Numbered from the stretch's first letter, positions 17,516 through 26,991 are shown. The stretch: 64,000 nt of DNA from Chloroflexota bacterium (GCA_040752335.1 JBFMEV010000014.1:575-64574), one strand, 5' to 3'. The notes: generated by a model not told the origin, from the letters alone. Translations and numbers: made by a program.

Positions 17516-18600
17516 GGTCGCGCCTCCGCCGTGCCCGGGCCGGGTGCCGCGGCTGGTCCCACAGCGGCCTCGAGGTCGTCGAGGGCCGCGAAGCGCGGCT
17601 CGTCGTCGGGCGGGCGGCGGGCATCCACCGCTGCCGCGACCCGGGCGGCCTCGTCGGGCTCGAGCGGACCGCCCAGGGCAACGGCGAGGAAGCGGCCGAT
17701 CGCGGACCGGTAGGACGCGAACTCGTACAGCCAGGAGTGCTCGCCGCCCTCGATGGTGGCCTCCTCGACGGGCGCCGCGTCCGGCGAGTCGACGCGAGCA
17801 GCCCGGGCCGCGGCCACCAGCCGTCGAAGGTGGCCGATCGGCATGACCCGGTCGTTGGTGCCGTGGATGGCGAGGATCGGCCCTCGATAGCGGCGGACCG
17901 CCGACGTCGCCGACACGTCATCCACGCGATGACCGCGCGGCCGGAGGTAGACCCGGGTCGTCAGCCAGGCCAGGGGATAGGCGATCGGGTCTGGGATCGG
18001 GAGGCGAGCGAGGCGGAACGTGTGGCGGGTCAGGCGATACGGCCCCGCCGGCGTCGCGACGAGGACCGCGGCCGCGACGCGCGGCTCGGCCGCCGCGGCG
18101 ATGATCGCCCCGGCTGCGCCCATCGAGTGGCCCAGGACCGCGACCGCGGTGACGTCCGGCCGATCGAGCGCCGCCCTGACGCCGGCCAGCGCGTCGGAGC
18201 CGAACTCGCCCGCGCTCACCGGCAGCGCCTCCGGCGGATTCGCCCCGTGACCCCGGACATCGACGGTCAGGACGTGGTACCCGATCGCGTTCAGGACCAT
18301 GGCGTTAGGCAGCGTCCGGTGACGCCCCGATTCCCAGCCGTGGACGAGGACGACGGCGGGACCCGGCGCCACGCCCCGGGCCGGGATCCACCAGGCGGGC
18401 AGCCGCAGGCCGTCACCGGCCTGGACCTCGAGTGCCTGGAACGGTAGGCCGAGGCTGCCCGGGTCGAACGTCGGCGGATGCTGCCGCGGGTACCCGGCCC
18501 TCGTCCGGTAGACGTGGGCAAAGCGCCAGGCGAAGGCGAACGGCGCGACGGCGACCGCGGCGGCCACCCCGGCCCGGCGGACGCGACCTCGGGATGTCAT
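17512..18600 (-). CDS. Alpha/beta hydrolase
   Basis: LVHGW, DVRGHG, GHSMG nucleophile elbow, IHGTND, GGEH. Confidence 0.88.
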   Translation of the reverse strand: MTSRGRVRRAGVAAAVAVAPFAFAWRFAHVYRTRAGYPRQHPPTFDPGSLGLPFQALEVQAGDGLRLPAWWIPARGVAPGPAVVLVHGWESGRHRTLPNAMVLNAIGYHVLTVDVRGHGANPPEALPVSAGEFGSDALAGVRAALDRPDVTAVAVLGHSMGAAGAIIAAAAEPRVAAAVLVATPAGPYRLTRHTFRLARLPIPDPIAYPLAWLTTRVYLRPRGHRVDDVSATSAVRRYRGPILAIHGTNDRVMPIGHLRRLVAAARAARVDSPDAAPVEEATIEGGEHSWLYEFASYRSAIGRFLAVALGGPLEPDEAARVAAAVDARRPPDDEPRFAALDDLEAAVGPAAAPGPGTAEARP

Positions 18601-18664
18601 CGCCTACAGGGGACGGCAGCGCCCTCGAACCTGTCAAGCACCGGTCGCCGCGTACACTCGGGGG

Positions 18665-19360
18665 ATGCCGAAACGCGATCCCCACGAGGTCCTCGGCGTG
18701 GCCCCCGGCGCCTCCCAGGCGACGATCAAGGCCGCCTGGCGGAGGCTCGCCCGGGAGCACCACCCGGACGTCGCCGGGAGCGATGCAGCGGCCGCTCGGG
18801 CCGCGACCCGCCGGATGGCAGAGATCAACCGGGCCTACGAGCAGCTCCGGGTGGGGACCCCGGGCGCAGGGGGCCGGGACGGCGCGGGAGGCGCCACGAG
18901 TCGGCGGCGGGCCTGGCCGCCGCGGACGAAGCCGACCCGACCGGTCACCGGCCGACTCGACACGTCCGACACGTTCCGGCCTCGCAATGCCACGACCGGG
19001 CGGGCCGCCGCGGGCCGCGCTGCGACGCTGCCGGGCCAGCCGCCGCTGAAGTCGGAGCGCTTCGATCGCGAACCGCCCCGGGCGTCGGCGCCGAACGGCC
19101 CCCTCGACCGCCGACGGGATCCCGCGTTCCGGCCGGCGCCGGTCCCGCCCGTCGAGGTCGCCTCGGCCACGCCCATCGAGTTCGGCAAGTTCCACGGCCA
19201 CACCCTCGGCCAGATCGCCGCCTTCGAGCCGAGCTACATCGACTGGCTGGCGAGGACGATCTCGCACGACCCGGAGCTCGTCGCCGCGGCCAGAGCCCTG
19301 CAGCTCGACCTCGATCGGCGAGGTGTGGTCCGCCGGCCAAGGCCAGTCCCGACGCGCTGA
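18665..19360 (+). CDS. J-domain (DnaJ-like) protein with C-terminal FGK(F/Y)xG small domain
   Basis: DPHEVLGV...LAREHHPD...MAEINRAYEQL; C-terminal IEFGKFHGHTLGQIAAFEPSYIDWL; TACACT 6 nt before ATG. Confidence 0.85.
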   Translation: MPKRDPHEVLGVAPGASQATIKAAWRRLAREHHPDVAGSDAAAARAATRRMAEINRAYEQLRVGTPGAGGRDGAGGATSRRRAWPPRTKPTRPVTGRLDTSDTFRPRNATTGRAAAGRAATLPGQPPLKSERFDREPPRASAPNGPLDRRRDPAFRPAPVPPVEVASATPIEFGKFHGHTLGQIAAFEPSYIDWLARTISHDPELVAAARALQLDLDRRGVVRRPRPVPTR

Positions 19361-19433
19361 GACCGGCGAGTCCCGGATCCGCCGCGGCCAACCACCTGTT
19401 CGTATTGCGAGCAGGCATCGCTCGAACGAGCTT

Positions 19434-19493
19434 GACCTCCCCCCAGGCTCATGCCGATTCTGTCGAAACTGGGGGTGGGTCACCCTCATTCGT
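19434..19493 (+). repeat. 60-bp REP-like palindromic element, copy 1
   Basis: GACCTCCCCCC...GGGGTGGGTCACCCTCATTCGT; the same ends occur inverted at 20689-20749. Confidence 0.75.
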
Positions 19494-19961
19494 CGCCGTG
19501 GGGGTCCCAACGCGAACCTGCGCCCGTCCACGATCCGTGGGGATGCCCGGGGCGGACCGTTCCCCCCGTCAGCCCGCCCCGGACATGGACGACCGCCTCT
19601 CGCACGACGCGGGAGGCGATCGGTGGATGGCGCGAATGCGGGCGATGAGTCCCGCCGGACGCGTTCCGGCTCGAGGCCGATGGATCATGGTTACTCGGCT
19701 CGTGACCCTCGAGCGGGATCCCCGTTGCCGACCGTCCTCGGCTCCGGCGTCCGTTCGCAGGTCCGTGGCCGACGCCCCGAGTGCCCCCGGTTCGCCGCGT
19801 CCCGGCGTGGCAGAACCGTACGCCGGCGCCCGTCCGCGGGGCAATGGCCCCCTCGTCCGGGCGGCCCAGGGTCGAAGGTCGGTGGCGTCGACGCACCACG
19901 TCCCGGACCTCCGTACCGGTGCGCCGAAGCGCCCCCGGCCGGCCCGCGGTAGGCTCCCCGG

Positions 19962-20624
19962 GTGACCCCATCCGAGCCTGCCTCGCTGGCGCGCGCCTCG
20001 CGCCGGACGCGGCCCCGAAGCGTCGCCGTCGCGGTCCTGCTGGCGCTCGTCGTCAGCGCCTGCGTTCCCGCGGGGGCGACGTTCGACCCGACCGGCCCGT
20101 GCGTCGTCGACGGCCAGACGCCCGGGGCGTACCCGGATCTCGAGGCCCGCCTGCCGGCCGCGCTCAATGGCACCACACCCACCACCGTCGACTCGGGCCG
20201 GACCTGCACCGCCGGTGGTCTCGGCGCGCTTGCCGCCCACGACGTCACGGTCCTGACCTACGCCGGGGCGACCTGGGACCTCGGCAGCGGGACAGGCGTC
20301 ACGAGCGTCGTCTTTGCCGTGCCCGACGGCGACCTGCCGGCGGCGTGGATGGCCGAGTTCTACGAGGCCGGCGCCCGCGCCGGCAAGAAGACCTCGAACG
20401 TCGAGACCAGCCGACCCGCGTACGAGGGCGCCGGCGAGACGTGGCGCCTGGACGCCCTCAACGATCTGTCGTTCCAGTCGGTGGTCACCTGGCAGGACGG
20501 TTCGATCGCGCGGGTCGTCCTGGTCGCCACGCCGGTGGATCCCGGCGCGAGCCTCGACGCCCACGACGAGCTCGTCGCCGCCGCGGTCGGGGCCACGGTC
20601 GCCGCGCAGCGAGCGGGCGGCTGA
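19962..20624 (+). CDS. Putative lipoprotein of unknown function
   Basis: Basic N-region, hydrophobic stretch and lipobox-like LVVSAC; two further Cys. Confidence 0.75.
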   Translation: MTPSEPASLARASRRTRPRSVAVAVLLALVVSACVPAGATFDPTGPCVVDGQTPGAYPDLEARLPAALNGTTPTTVDSGRTCTAGGLGALAAHDVTVLTYAGATWDLGSGTGVTSVVFAVPDGDLPAAWMAEFYEAGARAGKKTSNVETSRPAYEGAGETWRLDALNDLSFQSVVTWQDGSIARVVLVATPVDPGASLDAHDELVAAAVGATVAAQRAGG

Positions 20625-20688
20625 GGCGGCCGCGGGCCACGGAGGGTCATCCGGCCCCGTTCGCGCTCGCCTTCCGAGCACGTTTCAC

Positions 20689-20749
20689 ACGAATGAGCGT
20701 GACCCACCCCTGACTTCGTGCGATTCCTGCAGGAAGTCGGGGGGAGGTC
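20689..20749 (-). repeat. 61-bp REP-like palindromic element, copy 2 (inverted)
   Basis: Reverse complement reads GACCTCCCCCC-gacttc...gaagtc-AGGGGTGGGTCACGCTCATTCGT. Confidence 0.75.
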
Positions 20750-20795
20750 GTGCTCACTCATCGCGATCGTGCTCGCCGGCCAAGCACCGCCCATT

Positions 20796-20853
20796 GCGGA
20801 CCCGCGGCGGCGACGCCAGGCGGACCCGCGGCGGCGACGCCAGGCGGACCCGC
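20796..20853 (+). repeat. 24-bp tandem repeat, about 2.4 copies
   Basis: gcggacccgcggcggcgacgccag twice plus gcggacccgc. Confidence 0.9.
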
Positions 20854-20910
20854 AGGGCTCACCTCCAGTCCTACAGCCGCCCCGGACCCCCATGCTAGAG
20901 TCGGCCCGAG

Positions 20911-22698
20911 ATGAGCGGGCCGTCGGAATCCTGGGCCGGCCGGCGCCGGCGCTGGCGCGTGGAGCGCCTCGACCCGGCCCGGGCCCGCGCACCGGAGCGG
21001 CACCAGCGGTTCGTGACGCTCGGCGACGTCCCACTCGAGGGCCTCTACGGCCCGTGGTCGATGGAGGCGAGCCCGGACGGCGCACCCGCCGGCGCCGGCG
21101 GCCCGACGGCCGTCGACCACCGCGGCGATCCGCTCCGGCCCGCCGCCGGGCCGGGCCGCTGGGACGACTTCGACGCCGCCCGCGACGTCGGCTTTCCCGG
21201 TGAGCCGCCGTTCACTCGCGGGATCCACCCGACGGGCTACCGGTCGCGGCTCTGGACGATGCGGATGTTCGCGGGATTCGGGGCCGCCGAGGACACCAAC
21301 CGGCGCTTCCGCGAGCTCCTGGCCGCCGGCCAGACCGGCCTGTCGATCGCCTACGACATGCCGACCCTCTACGGCTACGACACCGACGACCCCGAGGCGG
21401 AGGGCGAGTTCGGGACCTGCGGCGTCGCCGTCAGCAGCCTGGCCGACATGGAGGTCCTGCTCGGCGGCCTGCCCCTCGACCGGGTCTCGACGTCGATGAC
21501 GATCAACTCTCCGGCCGCCCCGATCTGGGCGATGTACATCGTCGCGGCCGAGAAGGCCGGGGTGCCGCGGGCGGCCCTGGAGGGCACCACCCAGAACGAC
21601 ATCCTCAAGGAGTTCGTCGCCCAGAAGGAGTTCCTGTTCCCGCCCGAGCCGTCGATGCGCCTGGTGACCGACACGATCGAGTTCGGGACGAAGGAGCTCC
21701 CGAGGTGGAACACGATCTCGATCTCGGGCTACCACATTCGGGAGGCCGGCTCGACCGCGGTCCAGGAGCTGGCCTTCACGATCGCCGACGGGATGGCCTA
21801 CGTCGAGGCGGCCCTGGCCCGCGGCCTCCGGGTCGACGACTTCGCCCCGCGGCTCTCGTTCTTCTTCAACTCGCATTCCGACTTCTTCGAGGAGATCGCG
21901 AAGTTCCGGGCGTCGCGGCGGATCTGGTGGAAGCTCATGACCGAGCGCTACCGGGCAGAGAACGAGCGCTCCACCTGGATGCGCTTCCACACCCAGACCG
22001 CCGGGGTGTCCCTGACCCCGCAGCAGCCGCTCAACAACCTGACCCGGGTCGCGATCCAGGCCCTGGCCGGGGTCCTCGGCGGGACCCAGTCGCTCCACAC
22101 CGACGCCTACGACGAGGCCCTGGCCGTGCCCACGGCCGAGGCCGCCCTCCTGGCCCTCCGCCAGCAGCAGATCATCGCCGAGGAAACCGGGGTCGCCTCG
22201 GTCGTCGACCCGCTCGGCGGGTCGTGGTTCGTCGAGGCCCTCACGAACGAGGTCGAGCGCGAGGTCTGGCGCTACCTCGACGAGATCGATCGGCGGGGCG
22301 GCATGGTCGCCGCGATTCGGGAGGGCTACCCGCAGCGCGAGATCGCCGACGCCGCCTACCGCTTCCAGCGCGAGTTCGATGCCGGTGAGCGCCGGATCGT
22401 GGGGGTGAATGCCTACGTCGACGAGGCCGAGGAGATGACGGTGCCGGTCCTGGCCGTGCCACCGGGATCCCTGGAGCGGCACCTCGAGCGACTCGGGCGA
22501 ACCCGGCGCGAGCGCGACGCGGCAGCGGTCGAGGCCGCGTTGGGAGGCCTTCGCGAAGCCGCCTCACGCCCGGAATCGAGCGATACGAACCTCATGCCGC
22601 ACTTCATCCGCTGTGCGGGGGCATACGCCACGCTCGGGGAGCAATGCGACGTCCTGCGCCGGGTCTTCGGCGAGTACCGCGAACCGGTGTCGGTCTGA
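20911..22698 (+). CDS. icmA: B12-dependent acyl-CoA mutase large (substrate-binding) subunit, isobutyryl-CoA mutase-like
   Basis: [58 protein letters not shown]; no B12-binding domain. The symbol rests on the F/Q specificity residues and is tentative. Confidence 0.85.
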   Translation: MSGPSESWAGRRRRWRVERLDPARARAPERHQRFVTLGDVPLEGLYGPWSMEASPDGAPAGAGGPTAVDHRGDPLRPAAGPGRWDDFDAARDVGFPGEPPFTRGIHPTGYRSRLWTMRMFAGFGAAEDTNRRFRELLAAGQTGLSIAYDMPTLYGYDTDDPEAEGEFGTCGVAVSSLADMEVLLGGLPLDRVSTSMTINSPAAPIWAMYIVAAEKAGVPRAALEGTTQNDILKEFVAQKEFLFPPEPSMRLVTDTIEFGTKELPRWNTISISGYHIREAGSTAVQELAFTIADGMAYVEAALARGLRVDDFAPRLSFFFNSHSDFFEEIAKFRASRRIWWKLMTERYRAENERSTWMRFHTQTAGVSLTPQQPLNNLTRVAIQALAGVLGGTQSLHTDAYDEALAVPTAEAALLALRQQQIIAEETGVASVVDPLGGSWFVEALTNEVEREVWRYLDEIDRRGGMVAAIREGYPQREIADAAYRFQREFDAGERRIVGVNAYVDEAEEMTVPVLAVPPGSLERHLERLGRTRRERDAAAVEAALGGLREAASRPESSDTNLMPHFIRCAGAYATLGEQCDVLRRVFGEYREPVSV

Positions 22699-22708
22699 AG
22701 GAGGAGCG

Positions 22709-23188
22709 ATGTATCTCAACGCCCTGGAGTTCCTCGAGGAGGAGCGAGACGCGTGGCGGCCGTTCGAGGCCCTCGCGTCGATCCCGGACGAGCGACTCGA
22801 CGTCGCGGTCGAGGGTGCTCACGGCTGGTCCGCCCGGGACCTCATCGGCCATCTCGTGGCCTGGCAGGAGTGGGCGCTCGCGATCGCGAAGGACCTCGCT
22901 GTTGGTGAGACCAGTGCCTCGCTCGCCCGGATGGACGCGCTCTGGGATGCGCGGGGTGACGCCGTCAACGACGACATCCAGGCGACCTGGCGGGCGCTGC
23001 CGCTCGAGGAAGTACGACGTCGTCTCGCGGCGGTCCCCGGCGAGCTGCGCGGCTACCTGACCGTCGTGCCCGAGGCGCGCTGGCTCAAGCACCCGACCCA
23101 CCTCCAGACGTTCGTCGACGAGACGATCGACCACTACGCGGACCACGCGACCGACCTGGAGGCGATCCTCGCCGCGGCGGTCGAGTGA
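22709..23188 (+). CDS. DinB/DfsB-like four-helix-bundle protein
   Basis: GWSARDLIGHLVAWQE and DETIDHYADH histidine pattern; AGGAGG before ATG 22709. Confidence 0.8.
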   Translation: MYLNALEFLEEERDAWRPFEALASIPDERLDVAVEGAHGWSARDLIGHLVAWQEWALAIAKDLAVGETSASLARMDALWDARGDAVNDDIQATWRALPLEEVRRRLAAVPGELRGYLTVVPEARWLKHPTHLQTFVDETIDHYADHATDLEAILAAAVE

Positions 23189-23222
23189 CCGACCGAGCGG
23201 CGCTGCTCGCCGCGACCGCCGG

Positions 23223-23558
23223 GTGACGGATCGCGCGGCGCTGCTCGCCGCGGCCGCGGCCGTCATCGCCGAGCTGCCGGACGTCGTGGCCGGCCCCGCC
23301 GACGGCGGCACGGCCTGGTCGCGATCCGGGACGAGGTTCGCAGTCCTCGCCGGGGCCTCGGTCGACATTCGGATCGGTGCGACGATCGCCGCGGCCGCGC
23401 TCCGCACGCCCGACGTCGCGGCCTCGGCCCGGGGATCCGACTGGGTCGCGTTTGCGCCTCGCGAGCTCGACGGCCACGCCCTCGACCGCCTCGGAGCCTG
23501 GCTCGTGGCCGCGCATCGGCGGGCCGTCGGCCGCGGGGATGGCCTCGCCGCCGGCTGA
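23223..23558 (+). CDS. Hypothetical protein
   Basis: Protein-like composition (WSRSGTRFAVL, TPDVAASARGSDWVAF); part of a GTGA-coupled chain; followed by a hairpin. Confidence 0.7.
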   Translation: MTDRAALLAAAAAVIAELPDVVAGPADGGTAWSRSGTRFAVLAGASVDIRIGATIAAAALRTPDVAASARGSDWVAFAPRELDGHALDRLGAWLVAAHRRAVGRGDGLAAG

Positions 23559-23595
23559 GAATCAAACGGCCCCGGCAGGGCCGGGGCCGTGATTC
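23559..23595. terminator. Bidirectional hairpin between convergent genes
   Basis: gaatc..acggccccgg-caggg-ccggggccgt-gattc. Confidence 0.7.
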
Positions 23596-23612
23596 GGTGA
23601 GGCGGCGCGGGG

Positions 23613-23978
23613 TCACGCGCTCGGCTGGGTCGCGGCGGGGGCCTCGGCGGCGTTGGCGTACTCGGCCAGGCCGAACTGCGACTCGAGCTGCTCCATCGGC
23701 CGGAAGCCCACCACGCCCATCGGCTGCTTGCCGGGAGCGAAGAAGGCGATCGTCGGGATGCTCATGATGTTGAACGCCCGCTGGATCTGGGGGTTGGCGT
23801 CGATGTCGACCTTCACGACGTCGACCGAGCCCTCGTACTTCGCGGCGAGCTTCTCCATCTCCGGGGCGACCATTCGACACGGCCCGCACCAGACGGCCCA
23901 GAAGTCGACGACGACGGGCTTGTCCGAATGGAGGACGACTTCCTCGAAGGTGGCGTCCGTGGCGGTCTTGATCGCCAT
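23613..23978 (-). CDS. trxA: Thioredoxin
   Basis: VVVDFWAVWCGPCRMVAP, IMSIPTI. Confidence 0.96.
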   Translation of the reverse strand: MAIKTATDATFEEVVLHSDKPVVVDFWAVWCGPCRMVAPEMEKLAAKYEGSVDVVKVDIDANPQIQRAFNIMSIPTIAFFAPGKQPMGVVGFRPMEQLESQFGLAEYANAAEAPAATQPSA

Positions 23979-24026
23979 CGGTGGTGGTTCCTTTCTCCCG
24001 CGCGGCGGGTGCGTCGTTCGACCGCC

Positions 24027-24326
24027 CTAGCGGGCGATCTGCTGGATGAGGCGGTAGGCCTCGAGGACCCGCGGGTCCGCGAGCCGGTAGTAGACGTTGC
24101 TGCCGTCGCGCCGGGTGGTCACCAGCCCGGCCGCCCGGAGGACGGCGAGGTGCTGGCTCATGTTCGGGACCTGGCATCCCACGACCGACGAGAGATCGCT
24201 GACCGAAACCTCGCCGTTGGCCAGGGATTCGAGGACGCACAGCCGCTTGGGATCCGCCAGGGCCCGGCCAATGACGGCCGTGCGCTGGTACTCGGCTTCG
24301 CGGGTGGGCGGCGCCTCGATTGCCAT
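24027..24326 (-). CDS. ArsR/SmtB family regulator
   Basis: ALADPKRLCVL, SQHLAVLRAAGLVTTRRDGSNVYYRL; dyad attgc-agcgcttgc-gcaat (24339-24357) just upstream. Confidence 0.93.
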   Translation of the reverse strand: MAIEAPPTREAEYQRTAVIGRALADPKRLCVLESLANGEVSVSDLSSVVGCQVPNMSQHLAVLRAAGLVTTRRDGSNVYYRLADPRVLEAYRLIQQIAR

Positions 24327-24364
24327 GTCGCATCGAGTATTGCAGCGCTTGCGCAATCACGCAA

Positions 24365-24625
24365 GTGACCAATGGCACGGTTGGCGGCAGACCGGCCGGA
24401 GGCCGCCGCTGGGTCGTTGTTCCCCAGACACAAGAACCTGCGTAACCACGCCTGGACGGTCCTCGCCAGGGGCATCGCAGGCTCTCAGGTCGCGGTCTGT
24501 AGCGTGCCAGTCACGAATCTCCACCGGGCGAGGTCGGACGAGGGTCCACTCGTGATTTGAAGCAGGCTTCTTTGATCCTTGGACCACGACCTAGCTCGAC
24601 GCGGTTGCCCTGCGACCACCCAGCC
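24365..24625. ncRNA. Candidate structured RNA (6S-like long irregular hairpin); strand unresolved
   Basis: Nested complementary arms 24475-81/24609-15, 24487-97/24582-92 and 24511-16/24550-55, plus an alternative set 24365-79/24503-14. Intergenic and more A/T-rich than flanking CDS. No covariance search was run. Confidence 0.4.
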
Positions 24626-24699
24626 ACCCAAACCCGGCAGGCCCGCGACGTATGAACCGGCGGCCCCTCGCCGGGGTGGGCCGCCTGTATCCTCCGGCG

Positions 24700-25710
24700 A
24701 TGGCGACCCACGAGCTCGTCGAGCTCCCCGCGATCGAGGCTGCCCGCGAGGTCATCGCCGGACGAGTCCACCGGACGCCGCTGCTGTCGTCGGCCGCCGC
24801 GGCCTCGGTCGTCGCGCGGTCCGCCGGGGTCCGCCTCGCCGACGACCGGCTGTACCTCAAGGCCGAGCACCTCCAGAAGACCGGCTCGTTCAAGCCGCGC
24901 GGCATGACCGCCCGGGTCGCCGCGCTCAGCCCGCAGGAACGTGAGCGGGGGATCATCACGGTCTCGGCCGGCAACGCCGCCCAGGGCTATGCCTATGCCG
25001 GCGCGGCATTCGGCGTACCGGTCACGGTCGTCATGCCGGCGGCGGCCGTTCGGGCAAAGACCGAGGCGGCCATCGGCTACGGCGCGCGGGTCGTCCTCGA
25101 GGGCAACACGATGGACGAGACGTTCGCGGCGCTCGCCCGGATTCGCGAGGACGATGGCCTCGTCTATTGCCATCCCTTCGACGACTCGCGCGTCGTCGCC
25201 GGCCACGGCTCGGTGGGCCTCGAGATCCTCGACGACCTGCCCGAGGTCGACGTGGTCGTCGTCGGGATCGGTGGCGGCGGGCTGATCTCCGGCATCGCGG
25301 CCGCGGTCAAAGGACGGCGACCCGAGGTCCGAGTCTATGGCGTCGAGCCGACCGGCTCGGACGCGATCAGCCTGGCCCTCGCGGCCGGGGAGCCGGTCCG
25401 GATCCAGCCGATGAGCGTGGCCGACGGCCTGAACGCCCCGTTCGCCGGCGAGCTGACGCTGGCGATGATCCAGCGCCTCGTCGACGGAGTCGTCGTCATC
25501 GACGACGCGACGATCCTGGCCGGCCTCCGGTTTTCGCTCGCCCGCATGAAGCAGGTCCTCGAGCCCGCCGGCTCGGCGGCCCTCGGCGCGACGCTGGCCG
25601 GTCGGATCCCCATCCGGGACGGCGAGCGGGTCGCGGTCGTCCTCTCGGGCGGCAACGTCGAGGTGACCCGCCTGGGCGAGCTCGTCGAGCGTGCCGGGAC
25701 GCTGCCCTGA
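24700..25710 (+). CDS. Threonine/serine dehydratase (PLP fold II)
   Basis: LYLKAEHLQKTGSFKPRG, SAGNAAQG, GIGGGGLISG, LEPAG, LSGGNV; TATCCT 6 nt before ATG. Confidence 0.93.
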   Translation: MATHELVELPAIEAAREVIAGRVHRTPLLSSAAAASVVARSAGVRLADDRLYLKAEHLQKTGSFKPRGMTARVAALSPQERERGIITVSAGNAAQGYAYAGAAFGVPVTVVMPAAAVRAKTEAAIGYGARVVLEGNTMDETFAALARIREDDGLVYCHPFDDSRVVAGHGSVGLEILDDLPEVDVVVVGIGGGGLISGIAAAVKGRRPEVRVYGVEPTGSDAISLALAAGEPVRIQPMSVADGLNAPFAGELTLAMIQRLVDGVVVIDDATILAGLRFSLARMKQVLEPAGSAALGATLAGRIPIRDGERVAVVLSGGNVEVTRLGELVERAGTLP

Positions 25711-26942
25711 TGACCTCCGCGCCCCTCGCGGCCGCTCGGCCGGTCGGGCCTCGGTCGGTGCTCGGGGACGGTCTCACGGTGGCTGCCTCCTGCTCGCGGT
25801 TGCTGCGGACGGCGTCGATCTACATCGGCCTGCTCATGGTCGGCCTCGCCGGGCCGGGCGTCGTCGCCGGTCTGACGCTGCTCGACTGGGAGGCGTCGTT
25901 CGAGGTCGGCGCGGGGATCGACGACGAGCTGGCTGGGGCCGTCGGGCGGGCGGGGATCCTGATCCTGATGGCCTTCGTGGGGGCGATCATCGTGACCGTC
26001 GAGGGCAGCGCGATCGGTGTCACCCTCGTCGCCGGCCGGGTCCTCGATCGGTCGATCGCCCTTCGCGAGGCGCTCCACCGGTCGCGCAGGGTCTTCTGGC
26101 GACTGGTCCGGGCGGGCGTCATCGTCGGCCTCGTCCAACTCGCGGTGAGTCACGCCTGGCAGGTCGCGATCGGGGTCACGTCGATCGGCAACTTCGAGAC
26201 GCTCACGAGCGAGCCGATCCCGAGCGCGATCGCCACGGCGCCGCTCCTGTACGCGACGGTCGCGATCGTGCTGGCCGATGACGGCGCGCGAGCCGGCCTG
26301 CGGCGCTCGATCCGGATCGCCCGTTCTGCACCGCTGTTGACCGGCGTCCTCATGGGGTTCGGCCTGCTCTCGGGCTTCGTCCAGGCGTTCGCCCTGGGCT
26401 CGGGCCTCGATCTCATCGTCCGCCTGACCGACGCCCTTCACCTCGACATCACGGCCGGTGGATCGAGCTTCCTGGCCGGCGCGGTCCTTGCCCTGGTCAT
26501 CGTGATGGCCGCCGGCAGCCTGCTGTTCACCGTCTCGGCGGTGGTCTCCGCACCGCAGGTGGTCGCCTGGACCCGATTGGGGCTCCCGGTCGACGGGTTG
26601 CTCGTTTCGTCGCCGGCGCCGACCGAACCCGTCGAGCCGCCGGCGGTGGGCGCGTTCGACGCGGTCCTCGGCGCGGCCGACCGTCCGGTCGGGCCGATTG
26701 CGGATGCGGTCGAACCCGCCCCCGAGCCCGTCGTCGAACCCGCCCCCGAGCCCGCCGCCGAACCGCCTCCGACGGCCGATAGCTGGGGGGCTCCCGCACC
26801 TCCCGCCCAGGCTCCCAGCGCCTGGGCGGCGGCGGCAGCAGCGCCGCCCCGATTTCGCTGGGTCACGGTCCCGATGATCCTGACGATCGCGGCGATGTGG
26901 CTGATCGCCGGGGCCTCGTTGATCGGCGGCGCGGCGCGCTGA
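25710..26942 (+). CDS. Multi-pass membrane protein of unknown function with Pro/Glu-rich linker
   Basis: Several hydrophobic segments; EPAPEP repeats near 26712-26765; TGATG coupling to the upstream gene. Confidence 0.75.
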   Translation: MTSAPLAAARPVGPRSVLGDGLTVAASCSRLLRTASIYIGLLMVGLAGPGVVAGLTLLDWEASFEVGAGIDDELAGAVGRAGILILMAFVGAIIVTVEGSAIGVTLVAGRVLDRSIALREALHRSRRVFWRLVRAGVIVGLVQLAVSHAWQVAIGVTSIGNFETLTSEPIPSAIATAPLLYATVAIVLADDGARAGLRRSIRIARSAPLLTGVLMGFGLLSGFVQAFALGSGLDLIVRLTDALHLDITAGGSSFLAGAVLALVIVMAAGSLLFTVSAVVSAPQVVAWTRLGLPVDGLLVSSPAPTEPVEPPAVGAFDAVLGAADRPVGPIADAVEPAPEPVVEPAPEPAAEPPPTADSWGAPAPPAQAPSAWAAAAAAPPRFRWVTVPMILTIAAMWLIAGASLIGGAAR

Positions 26943-26991
26943 CGTCCGCCGGGCGGGGTGCCGATGAGCCCAGCCGTCGGCCCGTCATCGG

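Noticed and set aside
19585-19965. 126-aa ORF ending in a GTGA overlap with the lipoprotein gene
   Set aside because: No SD or -10 at the expected distance and shadow-like composition; it cannot be excluded but is unsupported.
20796-20853. 24-bp repeats as a CRISPR array
   Set aside because: The copies are contiguous with no spacers, and there are no cas genes.
24481-24490. CTCTCAGG resembling a glycine riboswitch
   Set aside because: The GGAGA and CCGAAG elements are missing.
26712-26765. 24-bp coding repeat (EPAPEPVV/EPAPEPAA)
   Set aside because: Ordinary low-complexity linker.
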